Source: a bacterium
Lineage (GTDB): Bacteria > Fidelibacterota > Fidelibacteria > Fidelibacterales > Fidelibacteraceae
Direction of reading: 5' to 3'
DNA length: 64,000 nt
NCBI GenBank assembly: GCA_963676395.1
Contig: OY781066.1
Location: 288,001-352,000 of the forward strand
A program made the translations under genes and the position numbers. The notes beneath the pieces are model-generated. The model worked only from the letters and a program-made list of their open reading frames with translations, made no database searches and had not been told where the DNA came from. Below, one piece after another: positions 32,357-40,548 of the stretch; within the stretch, counting starts at the first letter, position 1, and each line of letters starts with the position of its first letter.

Positions 32357-34512
32357 AAGCATACATTAAAAAACACCTGAAACTGTTTGCCATATTTTTT
32401 CTTTTTCCCACAATGCTTCTTGCGTCAGATGGTGACAACACCATGATCCGTCAAATGATGATGCTGGTTTTTCAACTGGCACTTATTTTATTTGCCGCAA
32501 AATATATGGGAAAGTTATTTGAATATATTCACCTCCCCTCTGTCATAGGTGAACTATTTGCCGGTATTATTATTGGTCCCTTCTTACTGGGTAAGATACC
32601 TTTACCGGGAATGCCCCATGGCTTATTCGGTGATTTCATTTTTACAAATCCCGGTGCGGCGCTTCCGGTTTCAAACGAATTATATGCACTGTCTGTTATT
32701 GCCTCAATTTTACTTCTGTTTATGGTCGGACTGGAAACAGATCTCAACCTTTTTCTACGTTATTCCTTTCCAAGTATAGTTATCGGAGGCAGCGGTGTTC
32801 TATTTTCATTTGTTGCCGGTACGGGTATTGCCTCATACTTTTTAAATGAGCCTTTTATGCATCCTCAGGCACTGTTTTTGGGAGTAATCAGCACAGCAAC
32901 ATCTGTTGGAATTACGGCAAGGATCCTATCCTCTCGAAAAAAGATCAACTCTCCCGAAGGTGTCACCATTCTTGGTTCAGCGGTCATCGACGATGTTCTG
33001 GGCATTATTCTACTTGCCATCGTTATCGGTATTTCTGCCAGTAAATTGGGCATGATGAATTGGGCACATATTGGACGTACTTCTATAAAAGCGTTGAGCG
33101 TTTGGTTGATCTTTACGGCACTCGGATTGATTTTTGCAAACCATATCAGTCGATTTTTAAAAACTTTTAAGAAATCCAGTTCTATCGGCATCATGTCATT
33201 TGGACTTGCTTTACTTTTTGCAGGTATCTTTGAGTCTGCCGGGCTTGCCATGATCATTGGTGCTTATGTAATGGGACTTTCTCTATCCAATACGGATCTA
33301 TCCTATGTGATCCAGGAAAGTTTGCATAATATTTACGAGTTTTTCATCCCCATTTTCTTTTGTATTTCGGGAATGTTCGTTGATTTCAGCGTTTTCTTGA
33401 ATTCCAAAATTCTCATTTTCGGATTGGTTTACACCCTTATTGCTTACTTAGCAAAAATTCTGGGTTGCGGTATTCCGGCTCGTATATTTAAATTTAATAA
33501 TATGGGTGGAGCCAGAATAGGTGTGGGAATGGTACCTCGAGGAGAAGTGGCCTTGATCATTGTTGGGATTGGCCTCTCACATGGTATTTTAAATGAAGAA
33601 CTTACCGGTGTTGCGATCCTAATGATCTTGATCACCTCGGTTATCGCGCCTGTACAACTTGATCAATTGCTCAAAAAGAAACGCTCAGGTGTTGAGAAAG
33701 GCATGCTGGTTGACGAACATATTCAAACGGATTATTCTTTCCCTTCTATTGCCATTACGGAACTGGTTTCCAACAAATTGATCTCCTATTTTCAAAACGA
33801 AGGCTTTTTTATCAACATTATCGAGGGTGAAAATCATATCTACCATGTTCGTCGGCATAATACATTTTTTACCTTTCAATTTTTAGATAAAAGTCTTTTA
33901 TTTTCAACACATGCAGATGATATACCTTATATAAAAAACATCATGTACGAAACATTATTAGGACTAAATCAAACTATCGAAAAACTCAAAGCCATCGTTC
34001 GTCCCGAAGAATTAAAAAAAGGCTTAAGAAGCGAGTCTTCTCAACAAAACAATGGAAAAAAGAATTTCCCCTTCGATAAAATTCTTGATATGGAATGTAT
34101 TATTACCACGCTAAAAGCCGATTCAAAAGAAGAAATCATTCGATCATTGGTAAGTGTCTTAAACGAAAATAACTATCTCCTTGACGAAAAAGAAGTAATC
34201 ACTGCCGTTATGGAAAGAGAAAATGCAATGAGCACAGGTTTACAAAACGGCATTGCACTTCCCCATGGTAAAACAGATGCAGTAAAAAAAATGACAATGG
34301 CTATTGGTTTAAAACCCCAAGGAATAAATTTCCAATCTTTGGATGGTAAACCTTCACAAGTTTTTATATTGGTCGTATCACGTAAAAATACAGCAGAGCC
34401 ACATATTCAACTTCTATCGGAGATAGGTAAAAAGCTTTATTCACAAGAAGCTGTAAATGAATTACTTGCATGTAATAACAAAAAAGAGATCTATGATTTC
34501 TTTATTAAATAA
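32353..34512 (+). CDS. CPA2/NapA-like cation:proton antiporter fused to a C-terminal PTS EIIA (fructose/Ntr-type) domain
   Basis: GLETD, ATSVGIT, AVIDDVLG and GMVPRGEV transporter motifs; C-terminal ERENAMSTG...GIALPHG with phospho-His. Confidence 0.88.
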   Translation: MKAYIKKHLKLFAIFFLFPTMLLASDGDNTMIRQMMMLVFQLALILFAAKYMGKLFEYIHLPSVIGELFAGIIIGPFLLGKIPLPGMPHGLFGDFIFTNPGAALPVSNELYALSVIASILLLFMVGLETDLNLFLRYSFPSIVIGGSGVLFSFVAGTGIASYFLNEPFMHPQALFLGVISTATSVGITARILSSRKKINSPEGVTILGSAVIDDVLGIILLAIVIGISASKLGMMNWAHIGRTSIKALSVWLIFTALGLIFANHISRFLKTFKKSSSIGIMSFGLALLFAGIFESAGLAMIIGAYVMGLSLSNTDLSYVIQESLHNIYEFFIPIFFCISGMFVDFSVFLNSKILIFGLVYTLIAYLAKILGCGIPARIFKFNNMGGARIGVGMVPRGEVALIIVGIGLSHGILNEELTGVAILMILITSVIAPVQLDQLLKKKRSGVEKGMLVDEHIQTDYSFPSIAITELVSNKLISYFQNEGFFINIIEGENHIYHVRRHNTFFTFQFLDKSLLFSTHADDIPYIKNIMYETLLGLNQTIEKLKAIVRPEELKKGLRSESSQQNNGKKNFPFDKILDMECIITTLKADSKEEIIRSLVSVLNENNYLLDEKEVITAVMERENAMSTGLQNGIALPHGKTDAVKKMTMAIGLKPQGINFQSLDGKPSQVFILVVSRKNTAEPHIQLLSEIGKKLYSQEAVNELLACNNKKEIYDFFIK

Positions 34513-34524
34513 AGTGAGATAAAC

Positions 34525-35337
34525 ATGAAGATAGAAAATTTCTTCTTAAAAAACGCCGAGCATTTGCATACCAAAGCCGCTACAAAGGATGAGGTTCTTC
34601 AGGATATTGCAAAAATCGCCGTGCAATCTAATACCCTAAAAGAGATAGAACCCGCTTATATTTACGAAAAACTAAAAGAACGGGAAACCATCGGGTCAAC
34701 AGGCTTCAATCAAGGAATAGCTATCCCTCATTGCAGTCTCGATAAAATTAGCGAATTTGTTATCGGAGTTCTTATTGCTCCCGAAGGAATAGATTTCCAA
34801 TCAATTGACGGTCAAAAAACCAAATTATTTCTCTTCATTATCGGTCCTACCAATAAACGAAATCAACATATCAATATCTTATCTGAAATATCAAAAGTCT
34901 TAAAAGTTAAATCGAATGTTGATCTATTACTATCACAAAACAACACAGAAAATTTCTTTAATAAATTCTGTGAACTTGGGAATTGGGATATAGAACACAA
35001 AATCCCCCAAGAATACGCTCAGATCACGATCCATATTCAAGATCATAGCGTTTTTGATGATGTAATCGAAATATTCACCGAGATCCAAGGTTGCCACATA
35101 TCTGTCATAGAAGCAAATAATGTAGGGAAATATCTTTATGCTCTTCCTCTATTCTCACAATTTACCCACCAGGAATCCAAAGGATTCCACAGAGTAATTA
35201 TAGCTGTATTAAACACTGTTTTTGTTAACAACTGTATTCGAAATATTAATGAGACAGCAAAGAAATCAAATGCGATGTCAAAAATCTTGATTACATCACA
35301 AACATTAAGCTATTTCAATGGCTCAATTAGTATATAA
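34525..35337 (+). CDS. PTS EIIA domain fused to P-II-like C-terminal domain, copy 1
   Basis: ERETIGSTG..GIAIPHC, GIDFQSIDG, HINILSEI; C-terminal ~110 aa with VGKYLYALPLF. Confidence 0.8.
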   Translation: MKIENFFLKNAEHLHTKAATKDEVLQDIAKIAVQSNTLKEIEPAYIYEKLKERETIGSTGFNQGIAIPHCSLDKISEFVIGVLIAPEGIDFQSIDGQKTKLFLFIIGPTNKRNQHINILSEISKVLKVKSNVDLLLSQNNTENFFNKFCELGNWDIEHKIPQEYAQITIHIQDHSVFDDVIEIFTEIQGCHISVIEANNVGKYLYALPLFSQFTHQESKGFHRVIIAVLNTVFVNNCIRNINETAKKSNAMSKILITSQTLSYFNGSISI

Positions 35338-35352
35338 AGGAATTAAAATTTT

Positions 35353-36633
35353 ATGAATGCTTTTATTGCTTCATTCCAAAATTTGTCTGACATTTTAATC
35401 ATTGGTATAATTATTATCTCATCTTATTTCTTGGGTAGGCTTGTAAAACAGATCAAACTCCCATCTCTTATCGGCTTTATGTTAATCGGCGTACTCCTTG
35501 GTCCATCGGTCCTTAACGTTTTAGGCTCAGTAAAACAGGAGCATTTAAGTTTCCTGACTGAAATTGCCCTTAGCTTTGTTGCGTTAAGTATTGGCTTGGA
35601 ATTGAATTTTTCCTCAATAAAGAAGCTAGGGAAAGGAATTTTTTGGATAATTATAGCGGAATCATTTGGCACATTTATAATTGTTTCTACGCTTATTTTT
35701 CTAATAACCAAAAATTTACCTCTTGCTCTGATCTTAGGTGGTATTGCCCCGGCAAGTGCTCCGGAAGGGACCGTTGCGGTTATACAAGAGTTTAAAGCTA
35801 AAGGGAAATTAACGAAAACACTGTATGCAGTCGTGGGATTTGACGACGGTTTGGGTATAATTATTTTTGGTTTCGCCGCCGCAGTAGCTAAAAACTTTTT
35901 AATGCAACAGACAGGTGCAACCGAAACGCATCTGTTATCAATGCTCCTTGAACCCTTGATTGAAATAACACTCAGTATTATTGTTGGTGGTATTTTGGCA
36001 TTTGTCTTTTCACTCATCACAAGAAAAATTAAAAATGCCGGAGATATTTCACTGATTCTTATTGGTATAATGTTTTTAGCTCTAGGTCTCAGCAATCAAT
36101 TCCATCTTTCACTCATCATGATCAATCTTGTAATTGGTCTGGTGATCGTAAACACTCAAAGACATGAGTTAATACAAAATATACATGACCGATTACCGGC
36201 CTATATGCCCCTTCTATTTATCCTGTTCTTCGCTTTAGCCGGCGCAAGTTTGGATTTCTTGGCATTACCTGCCTTGGGCATTGTCGGACTGATATACATT
36301 CTTTCACGTACATTCGGACTTGTTTTCGGAGCGCGTATCGGAGCAACCTTAGGCCATTACGACAAAAAGATCAAAAATTGGATAGGATTAGGAATTTTGT
36401 CACAGGGTGGTGTTGCGATCGGTTTATCTTTAATCGTAAAGCACGATTTTTCCGGGTTAGGTATAATGGTAAAAGATGGCATCACAGCCGGGGATGATTT
36501 AGGTATTACCGTCATCACCCTAGTTACAGCTACATCACTGGTTTTTAGTATGTTAGGGCCGATTTTAGCAAAATTTGCACTTAAAAAAGCCGGTGAAATT
36601 GAACTACCCGATAAAAATAACGAAATCGAATAA
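35353..36633 (+). CDS. CPA2 cation:proton antiporter, copy 1
   Basis: About 12 TM segments; IGLEL, APASAP, VGFDDG, FFALAGA, SQGGVAIGL. Confidence 0.88.
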   Translation: MNAFIASFQNLSDILIIGIIIISSYFLGRLVKQIKLPSLIGFMLIGVLLGPSVLNVLGSVKQEHLSFLTEIALSFVALSIGLELNFSSIKKLGKGIFWIIIAESFGTFIIVSTLIFLITKNLPLALILGGIAPASAPEGTVAVIQEFKAKGKLTKTLYAVVGFDDGLGIIIFGFAAAVAKNFLMQQTGATETHLLSMLLEPLIEITLSIIVGGILAFVFSLITRKIKNAGDISLILIGIMFLALGLSNQFHLSLIMINLVIGLVIVNTQRHELIQNIHDRLPAYMPLLFILFFALAGASLDFLALPALGIVGLIYILSRTFGLVFGARIGATLGHYDKKIKNWIGLGILSQGGVAIGLSLIVKHDFSGLGIMVKDGITAGDDLGITVITLVTATSLVFSMLGPILAKFALKKAGEIELPDKNNEIE

Positions 36634-36860
36634 TTATAAATGATTAATACGATAATTAAATATCATTATAACGCCAAATTCCTTTAATATGATACTTGAT
36701 TTTAAAAAAATCATCATGTATCTTGTCGAGCGATTTTCAAAAAGCTTTTTGTATTGATACCTTGATTTGGAATAATAAATATTAAATACAAAAGAGTTTA
36801 CAATCACCTGTTTGTCAATATCTGAAATCAAAAAGTTCAGATTCAAAAAGAGAGGACTCT

Positions 36861-37673
36861 ATGAATATTGAAAAATATTTCAATCTCCAAACACAAGCTC
36901 TTAAAACCGATTCAACATCAAAAGATGAATTATTGAAAGCAATTGCCGAAGCCGCAGTAGAATCACCAAACCTGAAAGATATTGATTCCAAAGATTTGTA
37001 TAAACAGCTGAAAGCTCGTGAAGCAGTGGGATCTACGGGGTTTGGAGATGAAATTGCCATTCCGCACTGTACGATGAACAATATTGATGATTTTGTAATT
37101 GGTGTTTTGATATCCGAAAATGGTATAAATTTCAATGCATTGGACGGAAAACCCGTTAAACTATTTGTTTACATTATCGCCCCATCAACGAAAAGAAATG
37201 AACACATACGAATTCTGTCTGAACTCGCAAAGGTCCTTAAAAATCATTCAAATGTTAATACCTTGCTCAAGCAAGATAATGTAAAAAACTTTTTTAACCA
37301 GTTATCTGAATTTTCGAACCTGGAAAACACCGAAGCTTTACCACAAGAATTCTCTCAAGTTTCCATACATATTCAAGACTCCAAAGTTTTTGATTCGGTC
37401 CTTGAATTACTGGCAGAGGTCAAAGAAGCGCACATTACAGTCTTGGAAGGAAGCAATGTAGGAAAATATTTATACTCTTTACCATTGTTTTCGCATTTCA
37501 TGAATGATGAACACCGGGGATTTCATCGCATCATCATCGCTGTAATAAACACGGTCTATGTAAACGATTCTTTGAGAAAAATTAAAACCATTATTAAAGA
37601 TCAAAAATGTGAATTAAAGGTAATGATAACATCTCATCCTTTGAATTTCTTTTTTGGCGCATTGGACATATAG
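36861..37673 (+). CDS. PTS EIIA domain fused to P-II-like C-terminal domain, copy 2
   Basis: AREAVGSTG..IAIPHC, HIRILSEL; same 270-aa length and co-linear with 34525-35337. Confidence 0.8.
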   Translation: MNIEKYFNLQTQALKTDSTSKDELLKAIAEAAVESPNLKDIDSKDLYKQLKAREAVGSTGFGDEIAIPHCTMNNIDDFVIGVLISENGINFNALDGKPVKLFVYIIAPSTKRNEHIRILSELAKVLKNHSNVNTLLKQDNVKNFFNQLSEFSNLENTEALPQEFSQVSIHIQDSKVFDSVLELLAEVKEAHITVLEGSNVGKYLYSLPLFSHFMNDEHRGFHRIIIAVINTVYVNDSLRKIKTIIKDQKCELKVMITSHPLNFFFGALDI

Positions 37674-37679
37674 AAACCT

Positions 37680-38936
37680 ATGAAAGATCTTTTTCTTCAC
37701 CTTCAACATCTGCCGGAACTGCTGGTTGTGGGAGCGATCATTATTGCTGCATTCTATTTGGGACGAACCGTTAAATTGATCAAACTCCCCTCTTTAGTTG
37801 GTTTTATGCTTCTTGGCGTTTTATTGGGTCCGTCTCTTTTCAATATTTTGGGGGAAACTCAACAACAACATCTTGCATTTATTACCGAGATCGCTTTAGG
37901 GTTTGTTGCGCTTAGTATTGGACTTGAACTGAAATTCTCATCTTTAAAAAAACTTGGCAATGGAATAGTTGGTGTTATTTTTGCCGAATCTTTGGGTGCA
38001 TTTATTTTAGTTGCAGGACTTATTTACCTTATAACAAAAAATCTCCCACTGGCTTTAATTTTTGGTGGCATCGCACCTGCTTCTGCTCCAGCCGGGACGG
38101 TTGCTGTTATCCAGGAATACAAAGCAAAGGGACCACTTACAAAAGCACTCTATGCTGTTGTAGGTTTCGACGATGGCTTGGGTATTATCATTTTTGGCTT
38201 TGCTGCAGCCATTGCAAAAAATATTTTAATAACCGAATCCGGTATGACCGAAAGCAATTTCTGGTTCACAATGTGGGTTCCACTAAAAGAAGTCTTCTTA
38301 TCAATAGCGAGCGGTGCCATTTTAGCTATACTATTTTCATTGTTGGCTAAGAAACTTAAAAATTCAGGAGATGTTTCAATCCTCTTGATAGGCTTTGTCC
38401 TTCTGGGAATAGGTTTAAGCTCACTTCTTCACCTTTCGCTGATCCTGACCAATATGATCATCGGGATGGTCGTAGTTAACACCCAATCTTATGATCTTCT
38501 ACAACGTATTCACGATCGTCTTCCCTCATTCATGCCCTTACTTTTTATCCTATTCTTTACATTAGCCGGTGCTAACCTACATATTAATGCCCTCCCTTCT
38601 TTGGGATTAATAGGCCTTATATATATTTTTGCCCGCTCCAGTGGACTTATTTTCGGTTCCCGAATTGGTGCGCTCTTTGGACATGTAGATCCTAAAATTA
38701 AAAATTGGATCGGACTAGGTATCCTATCTCAAGCCGGTGTAGCCATTGGTTTATCACTTATTGTCAAACAAGAATTTGCCGGCCTCGGGAGAATGCTTGA
38801 TATCGGTATCACAACCGGTGATTTTATTGGAAATACCGTTATAACCACCGTCACTGCAACCTGTTTATTTTTTGAGATCATTGGACCTATCCTTACCCGG
38901 ATCGCTTTAAAAAAGGCCGGAGAAATAGAAACCTGA
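37680..38936 (+). CDS. CPA2 cation:proton antiporter, copy 2
   Basis: Co-linear paralog of 35353-36633; VGFDDG, SQAGVAIGL. Confidence 0.88.
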   Translation: MKDLFLHLQHLPELLVVGAIIIAAFYLGRTVKLIKLPSLVGFMLLGVLLGPSLFNILGETQQQHLAFITEIALGFVALSIGLELKFSSLKKLGNGIVGVIFAESLGAFILVAGLIYLITKNLPLALIFGGIAPASAPAGTVAVIQEYKAKGPLTKALYAVVGFDDGLGIIIFGFAAAIAKNILITESGMTESNFWFTMWVPLKEVFLSIASGAILAILFSLLAKKLKNSGDVSILLIGFVLLGIGLSSLLHLSLILTNMIIGMVVVNTQSYDLLQRIHDRLPSFMPLLFILFFTLAGANLHINALPSLGLIGLIYIFARSSGLIFGSRIGALFGHVDPKIKNWIGLGILSQAGVAIGLSLIVKQEFAGLGRMLDIGITTGDFIGNTVITTVTATCLFFEIIGPILTRIALKKAGEIET

Positions 38937-39120
38937 CGAATTACAAATATTAAATATTCATTACTGATTTAGAATGCGAATTTAGAATTGTAAATACTAA
39001 TTTATTGACGATTTGTAATTCGCATTCTTGCTTCCAATTCAATAACATACCATCATTCTACTTCATACTTAAAATCATTATTCATCATTGTTAATATTTT
39101 AATCTTTTTACCTACAAAAT

Positions 39121-39248
39121 ACACAAAAGCCCATCGGGCGATGGACTAATGTGATGAGAGAGAGAGATTTTATTATAATGAATCTTTACAATTCATTGTG
39201 TTCTAAGTTGTTTTCAAATCACTAATTGGCACTATTCCAATTAAGTTC
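39121..39248 (-). ncRNA. Predicted ~125-nt small RNA with single-stranded (CU)n tract
   Basis: Own consensus promoter; hairpins TAATTGG/CCAATTA and AATGAAT/ATTCATT; AAATCTCTCTCTCTCATC; terminator AGTCCATCG-CC-CGATGGGCT+TTT; no RBS-led ORF. Confidence 0.65.
39125..39147 (-). terminator. Intrinsic terminator of predicted sRNA
   Basis: Minus strand AGTCCATCGCCCGATGGGCTTTT; may also stop the convergent antiporter operon. Confidence 0.65.
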
Positions 39249-39253
39249 GGTTA

Positions 39254-39282
39254 ATTATAAAGCAAATTTTTCTTAAAGACAA
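39254..39282 (-). promoter_or_regulatory. Sigma70-type promoter
   Basis: Minus strand TTGTCT (39282-39277), 17-nt spacer, TATAAT (39259-39254). Confidence 0.7.
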
Positions 39283-39839
39283 GAAAATAATTCTTTGTTG
39301 TGTTTTATAAAAAATACATGCCAATTTGGAGCTGAAATTAAAGTATTTAAGTGCCTCATTAATAAGTAACATAACATTCACATGTATGTGTCTTTTTATT
39401 AAGATCATAAGCATTGTTTATATAATATCTTTTTCGGTCAAAGCATAATGAATTCAATTAAGCGATCTAATCGTCAGGCTCGATTATAATACAGATTTCC
39501 ATTCTTACCTTAGCTCCCGATAAATTTTATTTTACCGCATCATCTTTAGACGAATTTAATACAAAACTGAATTGTATAAATTTAATATCTCTAATCAAAT
39601 CATGCGATTCGTCAATAATAAATGCGCCACCTAACTTCGGTGAATAATCTCACCAAAAAAACAAAATCCGATTTTGCACCGGATCTTACACTTATACCGC
39701 AACCATAATTCGTACTTATATTTTTGATACATCTACAACTTTGTATAAGGGGCGGGGTTGTACAATTACAAAATAAGCCTCCGCCCCATCTACCATCTCT
39801 TGTGTTACCATATCGAATGGCAATACCACCGATAACAGT

Positions 39840-40025
39840 TCTCTCTCTCGTCAAGTCTGATGTCTCTCTACTTCCACCGGACCTCTCTCATCTCCTCTTG
39901 ATGGCTCTCTCTTTCCATCAAGGCTCTCTCTCTTTCCATCAAGGCTCTCTCTCTTTCACCAATAGGGGTCTCTCTCTCCCAGTTTGGCAACACAAAATTA
40001 CATGTAAGCTGTTCTTTTCTCTCTT
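39840..40025. repeat. Array of (CT)n motifs at ~21-nt periodicity, including a near-perfect tandem repeat GGCTCTCTCT(CT)TTCCATCAA
   Basis: CT runs start at 39841, 39863, 39883, 39905, 39924, 39945, 39969, with an outlier at 40018; tandem units at 39903-39921, 39922-39942, 39943-39962. Confidence 0.9.
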
Positions 40026-40186
40026 TTAATCACCTATCTCAGCGCTAAGGATCTAAGATTGGCATTTAACTCTCTATTACTAAGTTTTATTCTGTCCCCA
40101 TAAAACCACCATAGAATTTCACACCCGACTAAATTACAAAACTGTGTTCCGCATATGAATTCGCCCAAAAACTACCGTTTAGATAC

Positions 40187-40405
40187 TTATCCACATTCAG
40201 TGTCTTTGCACTCAGAATCGTGCTAATCATGCACAGTATCGTAGCGATGTTTAAGGTTCTTGTCTTCATATCATCCTCACATAACTGCCTGAAAATATGT
40301 AGATAATTACTAGGCTACAAGCTTTTTACGGAACTTGAATGTTAATTGAGAGAATGTTTACCATTCCTTAATTATCTTGATTAATTCTTTATCAATTTAT
40401 TCACG
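40187..40405. promoter_or_regulatory. Cluster of DnaA-box-like 9-mers
   Basis: TTATCCACA 40187-40195 (perfect); TCATGCACA 40227-40235, TGTAGATAA 40298-40306 and TTATTCACG 40397-40405 (one mismatch each to TTATNCACA). Confidence 0.4.
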
Positions 40406-40548
40406 TTCCGAGATATTTTTATATGATCTTTCTCTTAGACGAAAAATAAATCTCTTATAAAAATCAAGAATAAGCTCGAATGTCTATGCTGCTCTATTGT
40501 AAAACATTCAATATTCATTTATATTCAATCTTATTGAAAGGCGGCATA

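Noticed and set aside
35424..36095. 223-aa antisense ORF over the antiporter
   Set aside because: Shadow of a hydrophobic sense-strand gene; the other short overlapping track ORFs were dismissed likewise
39226..39326. Sigma54 promoters at TGGCA motifs
   Set aside because: The -12 TTGC element is missing at the required spacing; the first TGGCA is part of the sRNA hairpin
39840..39980. CRISPR array interpretation of the periodic repeat
   Set aside because: Period of ~21 nt is far too short for repeat+spacer, the conserved part is only a CT run, two spacers are identical, and no cas genes are present
39724..40029. 101-aa ORF containing SLSFHQG repeats (and antisense ORF 39612-39854)
   Set aside because: TTG start without RBS; the low-complexity translation is a by-product of the CT array
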